Source of the DNA: Entomortierella parvispora E1425
Lineage: Eukaryota > Fungi > Mortierellomycota
DNA: 64,000 nucleotides
Direction of reading: 5' to 3'
NCBI GenBank assembly: GCA_020891255.1
Contig: BQFW01000001.1
Coordinates: forward strand, 1,860,001-1,924,000
The notes beneath the pieces were generated by a model. That model worked only from the letters and a program-made list of their open reading frames with translations, was not told the DNA's origin and ran no database searches. The translations under genes were made by a program, and so were the position numbers. This document shows, in pieces, positions 37,807-53,427 of this stretch; the first letter of the stretch is position 1, and every line of letters starts with the position of its first letter.

Positions 37807-39578
37807 TACTGGGACAGTGAAATAAATCCGAGTCTGGGATATTATCGACAAGACGCGACACCGGGCTGGGACAGAAAAAGGAGCGGAGAGGGAGATGGCA
37901 GCCAAAAGAAACGAGGGAAGAGCCAAGTGCGCTGAAAGGAAGAGATCTCAGGGCAAGAACCACTTCGCGCAGGGTCCAAAAAAAAATGTCGCTAGTCTGG
38001 AAGACATGCGGATGCCTGTCCCAGAGATCAGGAGGGGTTTCATAGTGTAAACAATTCTTGTGGGGCTCGAGTAGAGTAGAGCCCCCTTTGTCCACCACAA
38101 AGTTGCTGCGGTCGCGCGTCCCTCCCTTCCTAGAGTGCATCATCTTGTTCGCAATTACTTTCTGAGGCGATCCAACTCAGTGATGTCTTGTGGGGCTTCT
38201 GTAGGCAGACCGACTCTCTGCTCAAATGATTTAGCCACCCTCCTAGACTTGATGGAGTGGATTTTCGGACTACCGATAGCTGTGATTGTTCGATCCAACT
38301 GTCTCCACAGGGGAAAGGCAAGAAAAAAGACTGAAGGAAATATGTATGTGGAAGGGGACAACCTTGAACAGAACCTAAATCAATTGGATAGTGGAGCGAC
38401 CAGGGGCAGATACAAAGCCTCATCAGCAAGGAGAATCAGATGCAGGTAGGACCAATAAAGTGTAGAGGAGAAAGAAGAACCAGACTTCAAGTGGCGAGTT
38501 AGGGTTGGCACATGCCTGCTTACTTCAAAACATCATCACGACTTGAGGAGCACATCGCTCGGTCTGGTGTTGGGCTCTGTTGAGTTGACCGCGTCTCCTT
38601 TGGAGGCAAGACTCCAGGCCGTGTTTGACGCGGTTTCAAATTTCAGAAATGGCTGCAGTCGGCCAAATGAGCATTTCGTGCCTGAAGTGCCTCAAGCCAC
38701 AAAATTTGTCCCAGTGCCTTTGCCTCTCTTCACACGTCTGAACGAGTCACGTCCCTCCTTGACTGTTGTGCCCAAATGAATACAGAAAGAGTTGAAAATC
38801 CGTCGCATCCAAAGGGGGGCAGTCGTCCAAACCATCTGGACAGAGCAAGTCAGACACGGTTCAAGTTTTGAGCCAACTATATGAATGTATGTCTGACCAA
38901 GCGCCGACGATGGGGATATTGGGAAGATATCATCGTTATCCTTCTCAGTAACTCTGAGGATTTCAGATCAATTCCAGCGTTCTCTGTTCTTTATAGAGCT
39001 CACTCAGACCCAGAGGTGAAGGTTGATCCATCTGTACCTAACAGGCTCACCTCCAAAGACAGTATCCTCCGTGTTTCTTATAGTGGGCTGCTGACATCGC
39101 GAATGGATTATGGTGAAGGGTGACCAGATCTCGAGAAATGCAAAAAACATGAATAGACCGTTGTGCCGACATGCCAGGAAAACAGTAAATGACGGGATGT
39201 TTGCCTTGCCATCAAGTCACGTTTGTTGTGCTGCCAGAAGCCACTGAGAAGGACTGTATCCCTGCTTCCCCTGTAAAGCAAAAAAAAAAAAGGGGGGGGG
39301 GGGGGGAGAAGGGAGTTCCAGAGCGTGCATCTTTTTTCCTTTCTTTGATATATCCTCGAGCGTGTCTTTCTTCTCACCTCCCCTCTCTTAACTCCCCTGT
39401 CAACAAGGCATTCCAATTTCCGCGGGGGTATGTCGTTGATGTTTATAATCTCTGAAGACTGGGTGGGGTTGACCGACCAAAAAAAAAAAAAAAAAGACGG
39501 TCAACTGTCTTTTCTTTCTTGCTCATTCATCGTTCCAATCACTTCTACTGGGTCGTTCTTTGCGTCCACTACCGTGCA

Positions 39579-42291
<2,713 letters not shown>

Positions 42292-42411
42292 ACAGAGGGC
42301 GTATGAGTTCCTCAATTGAGATGAGAATGCATATGACTTGTCAGGACACCTTTACACACACACTATAAAAATTCTTAGACACTTGAAATACACGAGGTTG
42401 CTAAATTTTCA

Positions 42412-45400
42412 TCATGCGTCTTTGAATGGTATCGGGTAGGACATCATATGACCCTCGGTCGTGAACAGAAACTCATCCAGAGACGCCAGATCTGGAGGGC
42501 TGAAGATCAAGTACAGATATTTGAGCGTTTGAGCCAGAAAGTGGCTGAGGTTGAAGAGAAAAGAGAGCATGCACAAGTTAGGTCCAGCCCTCTCTTAAGA
42601 AAAAAAGGAAAGAATAGCAGAATCACGAAGCTGAACATCAAGTGCTCCTCACCTGGGCATCCGATCTGTCATTCCTTCAGATATATCCATGACGTTGGCC
42701 AAAGTCGAGTACCCATACTTTGTCTTGCAGTTCTTTTCGATACTCTGTAGTAGGTGATGAAGTAAGCACACAGTTATTAACATCTGGTCATCCATCGGTA
42801 GATAAACACCCTGTCAACTGAGCCACTCACCTGTGCAATTGCCCAAGCGTAATCTCGGTACTTGGTCTCTCCTGTAACTCTGTACATGATAAACAAACTT
42901 TCGACGGTTTCTGATATATTGGCCAACAACAAGAGGGGAATGTGTTAGAAGGATAACGTCTTCTCAGCATTACCGATCACATCGCCAAAAAAAAAAAAAA
43001 AAAAAAAAAGGACAATCAGATTTACCTGGTCGAAGTTCATATTCAGAGTCGAGGACATAGAATCCCGTGGGTTGGGGCATCTCAAACTCTTTTCCTTTGT
43101 TCAAAATATCGGTCGTCCCTGTTCCAATCTTTTCATCGTGCCCTCCACCAGATACCAAGAACGCAATCTCATCAGCTCCTAGTCCCGTGGCAGAGTTCTT
43201 GTAACTCAAAACACAAGTCTCCATCAACCCTCGAGCTACAGCCAGATCTTTGGATCGATCTAATACTCTGGAGCCCAAAGCCAACAATCCTGGAGCGAAA
43301 CAGCTCTGTATGGTTAGGAGGATATGGGAAAAGAGGAGAGTAAGAGAGGCAGGGGGTTAGATCTCAAATGTCAACCTCCATTGATTATCGCACAGTATCC
43401 ATGTTTTGATCTTCAATTACAAGATGGTCCATCTTGGGAACGAGTGTCCGTGTAGCAGTATTGTACACGCCAAGGACCAAGTACGGCTCAGATTTCTTGC
43501 TCGGTCGACTGATCAAGTACTGGTGCATGGCATCCACCGCCACAATGTCTACAATAAAGGGAGTGCCAGTTAGCATCCGGCATTGTCTGGTCTATAGAGC
43601 ATGTCTCGCTTTTCCGTTACATTGATCCTTGAACTTGTCGTCATTTGTGAGCATGTAAGACTTCAAGAGGTACTAGAAGGAATGATGAGGGCAAGCTGGA
43701 ATTAGCGCGGTTATCGTTTTTTTATGGCGAGGACCATTTGTTCGAGTATTCCTTACCTCATAAAAGCTGTCACTGAGACTTCCAAATGATGCTACGTATT
43801 CCTCTAGGAAAGAAAAAATGTACGCGCAGATATGATGAGGTGAGTGGTATGAGCAAAACTCTGGTCAACAATGAGAAAGGGCCAAACTGTCATGAGGGGA
43901 CACTTTACGACCAACTCCAGCTTCTGGATCGAAATAAGCTGGGTAGAGTCCAGGTATCTTTGGCTTTAGGGATGAAAGGAAATCTGCATTCCTCTGAGCC
44001 TAGCGGTCGGAAGTAGGTGTCGAAGCGTCAGTACACTCATCCAAAACGGAGGGAGCTGGCATGCATCATGAAAAGCAAAATCTCGTAGATCCTTACCAAG
44101 GTGGAGTATTTCTCATCGTTGGCAAGCTGTGCGAGCTTTCGAAATTCGAGTTGAAAGGTCCCTACTTCGGCCAGCGAGGTTTTTCCAAAAAGGACTTCGT
44201 TCGAGCCCAGAGTCCCACTTTTCATTAGAAAAAAAGAAAGTCAGTCGACGAATGTACGACACAGAGGACTTCTCAAGCCGGTCTCCATACTCTGGTCAAT
44301 TACTTTGCAAAGATACGGCTCGCTGGGAGAGCTCCATTAACTCCCTGGAACGCCATGACCAGTCTGTTCGAGAGGTCAACAGCGCTTTGCAGAATCCTTG
44401 GGTCATCTTTCAAATTCTTGTCCTTGGATTCTAGTTCTCTGATCGAAAGAAGACCTCCCAGGTACCGAACCACGCTCTCAAAAAAGCCAATGTCCTGACC
44501 ACTAGCCTCAGCATCGATGCTGCCTTCCTTTCGATCTTGACTGTCACCGACTCCCCAGTTGTGAACAGGGACCTGTTTCAAGAACATCTCCTTTGCGGCC
44601 AAATACTCGCTCTCTAGGCCGACCAGCTTCAGTGTATCCAGACTCTCGAGCAAAGTCGTGCCCCATCCATGAAGCGGATCCATTTTGTCTCCAGTCACAG
44701 ACTTGAGTTCGTCGTGTGGCGCCGCGTGTTGAACGTAGCCCGCCCAAGCATGTTGGATCATCCCTTTGACAAACTGCTGTCGATCTCTTTCGAGTCCTCC
44801 TGAAAGGTTGATGATTCCTTCCTTGGATGGATCGGCATTGAACTGAATGGTGGGTCGCCTGCTAGGTCCAATGATTTGTTGTTTAGACTCGGAAGCGGGG
44901 TCCGGAAGGTCCATCATCCTTACTCTATCTTCCTCCAGTATCTCAAAGCCGTCCTCATCCACCCCGTCGACAGGCGCTGGCCCAACAGGGGGTCGTTCGC
45001 GGATATCCCCTAGATCCAATTTAGAGTAGTCGAGAGCCTCATCGCCGTTGGTGCCTGATCCACTTTTGCCCCTGCTTTTGAGGTCACCCCCTCTTCCTCC
45101 CATGCGGCCTCCAACACCGAACAGCGATGAAGATGGAGACGGCATCAGGAACTGATAGTGGATGTAGGCAATTACACCCATGCAGAGCAGGACCATGAGG
45201 ACGCCCTTGCGTCGGAGATAGTGAACAGGGATCGCATAGAACGGAGACGCCTTTAGGGTCGATGTTGAAAAGAACCGATGCGAGGGTAATAAAGGCGACG
45301 ATGATGACGATGTCAACGACGACGACGAGGACGAGAAGGAGGAGGAACTGCCTGCTCCTATTGCTGTTCTTGTGAGGACTCTTGCGTCTGCTGGAGATAA

Positions 45401-45421
45401 ACTGGTCTGTTCATGACCCAT
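42412..45421 (-). CDS. Second GH47 alpha-1,2-mannosidase paralog with divergent C-terminal motifs
   Basis: [79 protein letters not shown]. Exons 45421-44304, 44217-44097, 43999-43909, 43803-43757, 43672-43621, 43548-43421, 43305-43026, 42910-42831, 42744-42653, 42544-42412. Confidence 0.9.
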
Positions 45422-45764
45422 CTCTGAAGTGAGTATATCCCGTGAACAGAAAAAAAGACAGTAAAAAAAAAAGCGAGCAAGAAAGAGTGATCCAGACAGA
45501 CAGAAAGACAGACTCCAGTGATGATGAATGAGAGGCAGGAAAGGGATGAAAAAGACAAATGAGGATGGCAGGTGGGATGCATGCCATGGACGAGGTCTCC
45601 CTTTTGTTTTCTTTCCTGTCCCCTCACCCCTTTTCTCCTTTTGAGCGAGATCGCCTCCTTTCTGCGGAACGAGGCGATTGTTGTTGTGTGGAAGGAAGCA
45701 ATGCATTTTTTGTTATTTTTCAACTTTTTGTTCTATGGGTGCGATGTTGGAGTGGGGTATTCGC

Positions 45765-47045
45765 TTATTGCGTCTTCTTCTTGGCCTGGATCTCCTCCTG
45801 CTCAATGAAATGGGCCATTGTCCGCTGGATGCCCTCCTTGTAGCCGACCACGGGCTCATAGCCCAACAGGGTTCTGGCCTTGGTGATGTTGAAGTAGCGG
45901 TTGAACGAGATGTAGCGGACACGGACACGGGTGAATCCATCCTTGGACTCCTTGCCAAGCGCCTTCTTGATCAGACTGGCCATCTCGGACAAGAATCCAA
46001 TGATGAGCGCAATGTGGTAGTTGATGATGATCAGATAAGGCGCCACGACATTCTTCTGGGCCATGAGTGCACGAGGGTGGTTCCAGAAGGGTGTTGGTGT
46101 TCCGTTGGTGATGAAGAATGCCTACAGTCATCCATATTTGTTTGTGCAACAGCAGAGATAACGTTAGTAGAGAGTAGAGATCATCCAAACAACCAACAAA
46201 GATGAACCGTGGTAAAAACAAAAGAAAAAAAAAAGTGGCCTGATCAGACCGATCACCCTCCAGCTGTTCGCAACGGTTGGATATCCCATTGCAAAGCAGA
46301 TGAGGCTGAAAGGGAAAAGGAAAAGGAAAACTGCTTCAATGCATACCTGTCCAGCGACCTTGGAGCCAGGGGTGAGCTTCTCGGCGGCGAGGATGTGTGA
46401 GTAGGCAACGTTCTCGACATAGGTCCAGTCAAAGAGACCCGAGTTGTCGCCGATTTGGAGAACATGCTGGCCCTTCTTGAGCACATCCATGAATCCCGGA
46501 GTGCCCTGGGTATCACCGGGACCAAAGATGCCACTGGGGCGCAAGGAGCAGGTCAGGAGACGATCGCAGTTGGCCTTGAGGATCATGGCCTCAGCAATGG
46601 CCTTGGTCTCGGAGTAGGTTTCGATAAAGGTCTTTGGGATGGGTGCAGTCTCATCGGCATTGACGAGGGGCGAACCGTCCGAGAGGACACTGGCGGAGGA
46701 GGTGTAGATAAGACGACCGACGTTCTCGGCCAAGCAGGCATCAATGACGTTCTGGGTGCCGTCAATGTTGATCCGCTTGAACTTTTCGGCGGGGAAGTGG
46801 TGAGGGGGGGAGGCAACGTGCATGCAGATGTGGTGGCCCTTGAGCGCGGTTCTGACGGCGGCAGCGTCGGTGATATCTCCGGTGAGGTAGGTGATGCGGT
46901 CAGTGTTGATGGCGTTGGTGGGGATGAAGATGTCGAGGATGGTGATGTGGTAGTCTGTGCGCTTGATCAGTTCCTGCACGATCCATCTGCCGAGGAAACC
47001 GTTTCCTCCAGTGACCAAGCACTTTGTTTGTGATGATGAAGCCAT
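45765..47045 (-). CDS. ERG26: Sterol-4-alpha-carboxylate 3-dehydrogenase (3-beta-HSD family)
   Basis: TGGNGFLG NAD-binding motif, YTSSASV, YSETK catalytic YxxxK, LRPSGIFGPGD, FDWTYVENVAYSH, AGQ|AFFITN. Exons 47045-46347 and 46121-45765. Confidence 0.92.
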
Positions 47046-47448
47046 TGTGATGGAGAGGGAGAAAGATGAGGAGGGAGTGATGCGAAAAGAAAAGAAAAGA
47101 AAAGAAAAGAGAAATGAATAAAAAGGAAAGAGAGAAGGAGAACGTCCTTGCAAAAAAGAGCAAAGGCGGCAGGAACAGAAGCAGGAACAGAGAAGGGGGA
47201 AACAGGCCACTGCAGCGATTGGCCAATCAGGGCAGACAATTGCAGGGAGCAAAGAATTGGTGGCGTGTAGTTATGTGTGAGGTGTGGGCAGTGTGAAGTG
47301 TGAGGTGCGCGGTGTGAAGTGTGAAGTGTGAAGTGTGGAGGTGTGAGGTGGAAGTGTGGAGGTGTGTAGAGAGAGCAAAAGCCGCCCTTCGTGACTGACA
47401 GACAGACAGACAGAGAGACGGACCGGACAGAGATATATGCAGACAGAG

Positions 47449-47452
<4 letters not shown>

Positions 47453-47508
<56 letters not shown>

Positions 47509-47822
47509 CGTAGTGCAGTCCAAAATGAATGACAATCAAACAAAATGAATTTTAATCAGGCAGCAAGCCGTGCAGGGTCCGAGTGTCCAGTTTGCACTTC
47601 TGAGACGGGGCACCGGAGTGGTGTTCCCCCCCTTGTGGATGATGGGATGCGATGTAATGCGATATAGTAGAATGGGATATAATGCAACCAACAAGAGAGA
47701 GAGGGAGAGAGCTGGTCCAAGGGTCATCCTTGTTGCGGAGGAGAATGTCTGTCTTTGTTCTTGTCTTCTTGTCTTCTTCTTCTTCCTCTTCTTCTCTCTC
47801 TCTCTCTCTCTCTCCTCTTGTC

Positions 47823-47856
<34 letters not shown>
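47453..47856. repeat. Microsatellite cluster (CAGA)n at 47453-47508 and (CA)16 at 47825-47856 in the ERG26/membrane-protein divergent region
   Basis: Directly visible tandem repeats; (GTGTGAA)n and (TTCC)n lie nearby. Confidence 0.95.
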
Positions 47857-47859
<3 letters not shown>

Positions 47860-48110
47860 ACGACTGTCCAGCAACGGTCACCTTCTTGCTCTGCGCCCTT
47901 TTTCTTACTTCTTCTTACTTCCCCACTGCTACCTGCACGACTTGTCTCCTTTCTTCCCTTCCTCCCTCCCTTCCTTCCTTCCTTCCTTCCTTCCTTCCAT
48001 TCCTTCTGTCCATCCCAGCTCTTCCATCTCTTCCTCCTTCCTCCCTTCTTTCTTTCTCTCCCCACATCCCCCTCCTCATCGTCACAATCACATCCTCCTC
48101 CTCCCCGCAA

Positions 48111-50659
48111 ATGATCTCTAGGCTTGTACGTCCCCTGCTCTCTTTGTTCTTCCCTCCAGCACTTTCTGTCCTTTTGCTCAAGGCTCTCGACTGCTCCTCC
48201 TCATTACTCGCTCCCTCTCTATCCACTTGTTTCAATCCACGCTGGCGAAACATGTCCAAATGGACACTGCTACTCCTACCGGGATCCCTCTTTCAATGCT
48301 TTCCAGGAACAACCTGCACATTCAGGACAAAACACTCTCCTCTTGGAATCCCTTCCCCATGACCTCTTCCCCCCTCCTCCCCTCTCCTCTCCTTCTTCTT
48401 CCCATGACAGCCACTGCTACCATCGCTTCCATCCCCGGCCACTGTCTGGACAGACTGGACCCACAATGCAGACACGGACTAAAGACACTCGAGAAGCACT
48501 GGGAGGGCCCCGGTCTCGATATGTCCTAGTCGGTGTTATTTTTATCCCCTCCAGTTCCTTGTTTGTTACTTTTATATTTTCTCGAGAAAAATAATAACAA
48601 ACGTGGACAAAGGATACACCGATGACTCTCTCTCTTCCCCTTCCAGTTCCCGTTTATTTGCAGAAATCACACCAGCGACAAATGACCAGACTGGAATAGT
48701 TATTCTTGATGTATTGATCTTTGACTGTGTTGTCCCTTTTTCGTCTAGGCTGGCGACTCGACCTGGTCCCGATACTCACTAGTATGGTCTAGTATCCAGG
48801 CGGTCGTGATCGTAGCCCTCGAGGCGGTCATCTTTCGACTCCATCTCACCGAGGTTCAGAATATTCAAAAGGCGATTGGACCCGCTATGATCATCCTTGG
48901 ACAAAAAACGTTGGTTGGACCAGACGCCTCCTTGGTGGTCCAGACCGCACGAGTCTTGTCCGTGTACCATGTGTTGTTTATTGTCGCCCAAATCTTTCAA
49001 CTCATCCTCTTGTGTGACGCGGTAAAGTCAAACGATGGATTTGAACTAGGGAAAACACAGCAGAGGACGACAGCAGGACGACAGTTGGACCAGCAAGAGT
49101 TGGACAAAATGAAAAATGAAAATACGCCCAAGAAAAACTAATTTCAACTTTTGGACCTCTGGACTGGAGGGCTGTTGCCTGACCAATACAATCTGCGTTT
49201 GGCACTAGAAGAATTGGGCTGCTATTAATCTTTTTTATTTGTATCTTTTTTTTTTCTTTCATTTTACTAGATGTGGAACAAGAATACTATTCAAATCATC
49301 GCCATCGTCGTCTTCAACTGTGCGATGGTAGGATATGCAGGAGTACAAGTGAAGCAGGCGAGCGACATTCTTGTCAAAACAACAGGCGATTCTATACCGA
49401 ATACGATTTTGAATCTCTTTGAACTTCCCGCCAATCCAACGCCCTATCACGCGTCTAAACCCTACGAAATCGCAGTCATTGCCCTCATGGTCTTTTTCGC
49501 CTCTGGATTCGCCTTCATTGCCTACAAACTGTACAAGGAATTCGGATGGACTATTTACAAAAAAATCGGCGCGGACCTGGCCATGCGAGGTAAGGGAATG
49601 GAGCGTTGGTCGTACAGAAAACCACAGTCGAGATATTTTTATTTTATTTTATTTTTTTTATTTTAATAGTTCTAACCCCCTCGTTTGTGTCTCCCCTCCC
49701 TCTTCCCATAGACATGTACAAGGTGTATCAGATCTTCATCATGATCCTCAAATTCGACGTGTTCTTTCAACTGGGCTTTTCAGCACAATTTCTATACGTC
49801 GTCGTCCTCCAATCGGAACCGGAAAAACTAGGAAAATCAGACAGTTATAGTCCGTCGTTGACACCAGAGGAAGCCCGAAACATTTTGATCGTCCACCTCA
49901 TTCTCTCGACAGGAGCGTCCATTGTCCTGCCAATCTTGGCATGGTGGGGTGTATGTATTTTGACCATCAGCCATATGACAACTGCACTAAGGATGCATTC
50001 GAAAGACAAAAAAAAAAAAAAAAAAAAAAAAAGACGCAAAGTGATTAATTTTCTCCGCACCTTTTTTTATTCTTTCTAGTTGAAACGCGAGAGCAAGTGG
50101 TCGATCAGCTTTTTCATTGCAGGAGGGCTAGCGGCTATGGTGTACGACATTATGAAATTGACACAAGTGTACACGGATCCCACGCGATTCAGTGGAGCCA
50201 GCAAATTCTTGACATTTTTTTGTAAGTGGGCGTGGGCTTTGCGATCATGGACAGTGGCCCCAGAAACGCCATCGGTTGGATGAGAAAGATCATCCCAACA
50301 AAATTCTATCCGATGTACTAATTCCCTTGTTTTTTTCCTTTTCTTTTCATTTTTTTATCTCGTCCTGTTTTTGTAGTGATTGTCAATCTAATACTGGGGT
50401 TGGTAACGTTATACCTCGCATGGGTTTGCATGAGGAATTTCAACAATGGGCTAAGCGCGCACAGTAAGTTTCAATGTACAAGTCTAGCGCCAGCGGAAGG
50501 AATGAAGGGGAGGGAGGACAATCGATTCTGACCCATCTCCATCTCTCCCTGCTTTTTTTTTGAAACCTAGTCGGAAAAGTCTCTGGAACAAACATCTATC
50601 CAATGGAGTCTGTCAGCACTAGCAATGGGCCTAGTGCCAAACGATGGTCCATAGAATAA
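48111..50659 (+). CDS. Multi-pass membrane protein, UPF0658 (Golgi membrane protein)-like
   Basis: Exons 48111-48125 (tentative), 48749-49021, 49271-49589, 49712-49950, 50080-50221, 50377-50463, 50571-50659 join in frame. Motifs CDA|MWNKNTIQII, LYKEFGWTIYKKIGAD, ILKFDVFF, MRNFNNGL; about 6-7 hydrophobic helices. Confidence 0.75.
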
Positions 50660-51219
50660 GTGTATAGACGGAGGGATCTTCACCAATCTCCTCTCTTTTG
50701 CCTTTCTCATCCCTATAAGCTGTGCTTTTGTCTAATTCTGTTTGCTCTTTGTCCTTTGTAAGTCACATCTCCGCCTCTCCTCCCCCTCCTCCTATCATTC
50801 TCTTTTTCCTAGTGGACGGATCCTGTTATTCTTGGTGATGAAGGAAACGGAGATCTGCCGAAAACTAACCTCCTCAATTCTTTACCATCGCTTGTTACGT
50901 CTCTAGATTTATCATGTTTATCTATACCCTGGTTTTCCTTCCACCCTATTATGACTCGCCCTCATTTTGATACCATCCACCACCCGCCACATGACAGTTG
51001 CTTTTTTTTTGTTGATCAAAAAAAAAAAAAATATGAAAAAAAAAACCAAAAAAGTTGTTCCGGTTCCTACGATTCAAAATTATTTTTTTTATTGTACATT
51101 GGACATGAGATATCATTGTGGGTAAAGGAAGAGAGGAAGAAGGAAGAAAGACGTTGATCTCCAGTCCATTCTCCTGTGCGTCGGTGCGCGTCTTTGGCAT
51201 CCCTGGGGGGGGGGGGGTC

Positions 51220-52883
51220 TCAAGTGAGGTAATGAATAATAGCCCACAGCGCAAACAGAGTGACACAGACACCTGCGTAAAAGATCCACTTGTCTTCAGT
51301 GCTCCGACGCTCAATCAACTGAATGACATTTCTCGACAATCCCAGGGTATTGGCAGCATCCAGCATCTTGCGCTGCGTTGACTATAAAATAAAATGACAA
51401 TCATTGAGAAAAACTTTGGTTAACAAAAGTATCCTCCTGACAAAGAGTCCAACATTCCGGAACACAAAACTCGGGGCGGGGTTCCTTACTTTGAGCATTG
51501 TACGTTGTTGATAGAGGTTATCGAGCGCAGCTTTTCCTTGGTGCAGCATCTCATCCAAATGCAATCCAGTCTTTTGGGCAAAGTCGCGTTCTCTGAATGC
51601 ATGCGCCTGTTGCAAATAAGGTGATGAAGAGGTGGCCTGGTAAGGATGTTCTACTGGGACACTCATACGGGACTGTCGTCGTTCCAACAGCTGCGTGCGA
51701 TTCCTTCCGTGTGAAAGCTAGATGAGAGAAGTAAAGTGGTATTAGATCATCGCTACAATGTGTTGCTCAACGTCCAATCTTGGGGTAGAAGACATTTTGT
51801 TACCTGTTCCTCACGGCTCTTCAGTTGTGCAAAGTTTTTGTTAATCGAGTCATAGTCTTCTCTGAACTTGATGACACGACTAGTGAATAAAGAGGGACAT
51901 GGAGGCGAAAGGAGGAGCGTCAGCAGATGAACGTGATATTGTTGAGCTATCCTGTCATGACCGCAAAACGTTCTCCCGCATGCATTTGTCGTTCCATGTT
52001 TGCCACCTACGCAAAGGCCTTCTCTCGCTTGATATCAATCATCTCCTTCTTGGCCATCGCATCATAGTCGTCGATGGAGCGCTTCAAAGCATTGACTGTG
52101 GCTGTGATCTGACCTACAAGAGCAGTAGCAAGAAAGATGTCAGTAAATCAAGATCATAAAGAAACAACAGAAATAAGGAAGAGCTGCTCTTTTCATTTCC
52201 TGAAAAGACCCCCGCAAAAAGAGGTGAGGACACAGGTGAAAAGCAAGAAACAAGTTTTGATCTCCTGTCCGTTCGTTCGTCCGTCGTCCGTCCGTCCGTT
52301 CATTCGCCTGTCCATGCCGGCCTGCTTTATCCCCAAAGAACAAAAAAGAACCACTGCCCACTCCTCCTTGGGCGTACTGATTCCCGCAAGGTCCCCCTCT
52401 CCTCCATAGATTTTCGGTGGTCCAAAAATAAATCGGACGGTCGGGTTGGTTCATCGTCCCGTCTCGTCTCTCTGGTCAGGTCAGGTCTGGTCTGGTCAGG
52501 CAAATAGAAACGTGGCAGCACCGCGTCAACCTTGGTCCTTTGACCCTGTCGCCATCGCAAGCTCCTTATGAACAGCTCCAGAGCCAGTTGGAGAATGCTG
52601 CTGCCTCCATCCTTGCCTGTACCGGTACTCCCATGGACCTGGTCCCTCCATGCCACAAAAGACAGATCCTCTGGTTGGTTCCTGAAAAAAGCGAGTCGCC
52701 CGTTCGTCTTGTCCTGCAGGATGAGAAGTTGGAAAGGGGAACCATGGGCCACGAGGTGGTTGCTCCCATGGTGGATGCCGTACCTTGAAGGGCCACGCTA
52801 GTGTCTTCGCCCGTCTGAAACTTTCCGAGATCCCGCTCCAGAGCACTGAACTGCTTCAGCGCATGGTTGTATAACGAGTTCAT
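51220..52883 (-). CDS. BOS1: ER-Golgi Qb-SNARE Bos1/membrin (GOSR2)
   Basis: MNSLYNHALKQ, QGQITAT, TQRKMLDAANTLGLSRNVIQLIERRSTEDKWIFY and a C-terminal TM. Exons 52883-52784, 52113-52011, 51879-51804, 51717-51490, 51381-51220. Confidence 0.92.
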
Positions 52884-53210
52884 GTCTAGACAAAAGGTCG
52901 GGTACGAGTTGGCGTGTGTGTCGTGTGGGGTATCGGTCTCGAAAGAGAGGAGAGAAGAGAGGAGAGAGAAATGGAGAGAGAGAAGGAGAGAAGGGAGAAA
53001 GAAAAAGAAGCCAGCGACAAGATGAAGGGAGATGGATGAAGGCGAGCAAGACAAGACCCAAGAAGAACGAGCTGTGGTTGGTCCTCTTTTCTCTCCATCT
53101 GCTCTCTCTCTCTCTCTCTCTCTCTCCATGTGATGAGAGCGCAGAGCGAGACAGCCCAGACACAGCCTGTGCGCTTATTCTGTGTACTTGCACGTGACAT
53201 GAACGCCACT

Positions 53211-53244
<34 letters not shown>

Positions 53245-53427
53245 ATTCTTCTTGTTCTGTCTCTTGTTCTGTCGGTTGGTCTTCAGTCTGTTGTTGGACG
53301 CCAGCAATGGGGCGCTTTTTTTTTATGTATAAATATGTACTTGGAGGGGTAGTATGATGCTATGGAAAATTACATGGGTAGAGTCCCGACTAGAAAAACA
53401 AGAGGGTCTTTCGATCACTCCTGCAAT

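Noticed and set aside
52114-52783. Long first BOS1 intron with a small hairpin (CCATGGG...CCCATGG) as a possible intronic ncRNA
   Set aside because: No C/D or H/ACA boxes could be placed convincingly, and a 7-bp stem is expected by chance.
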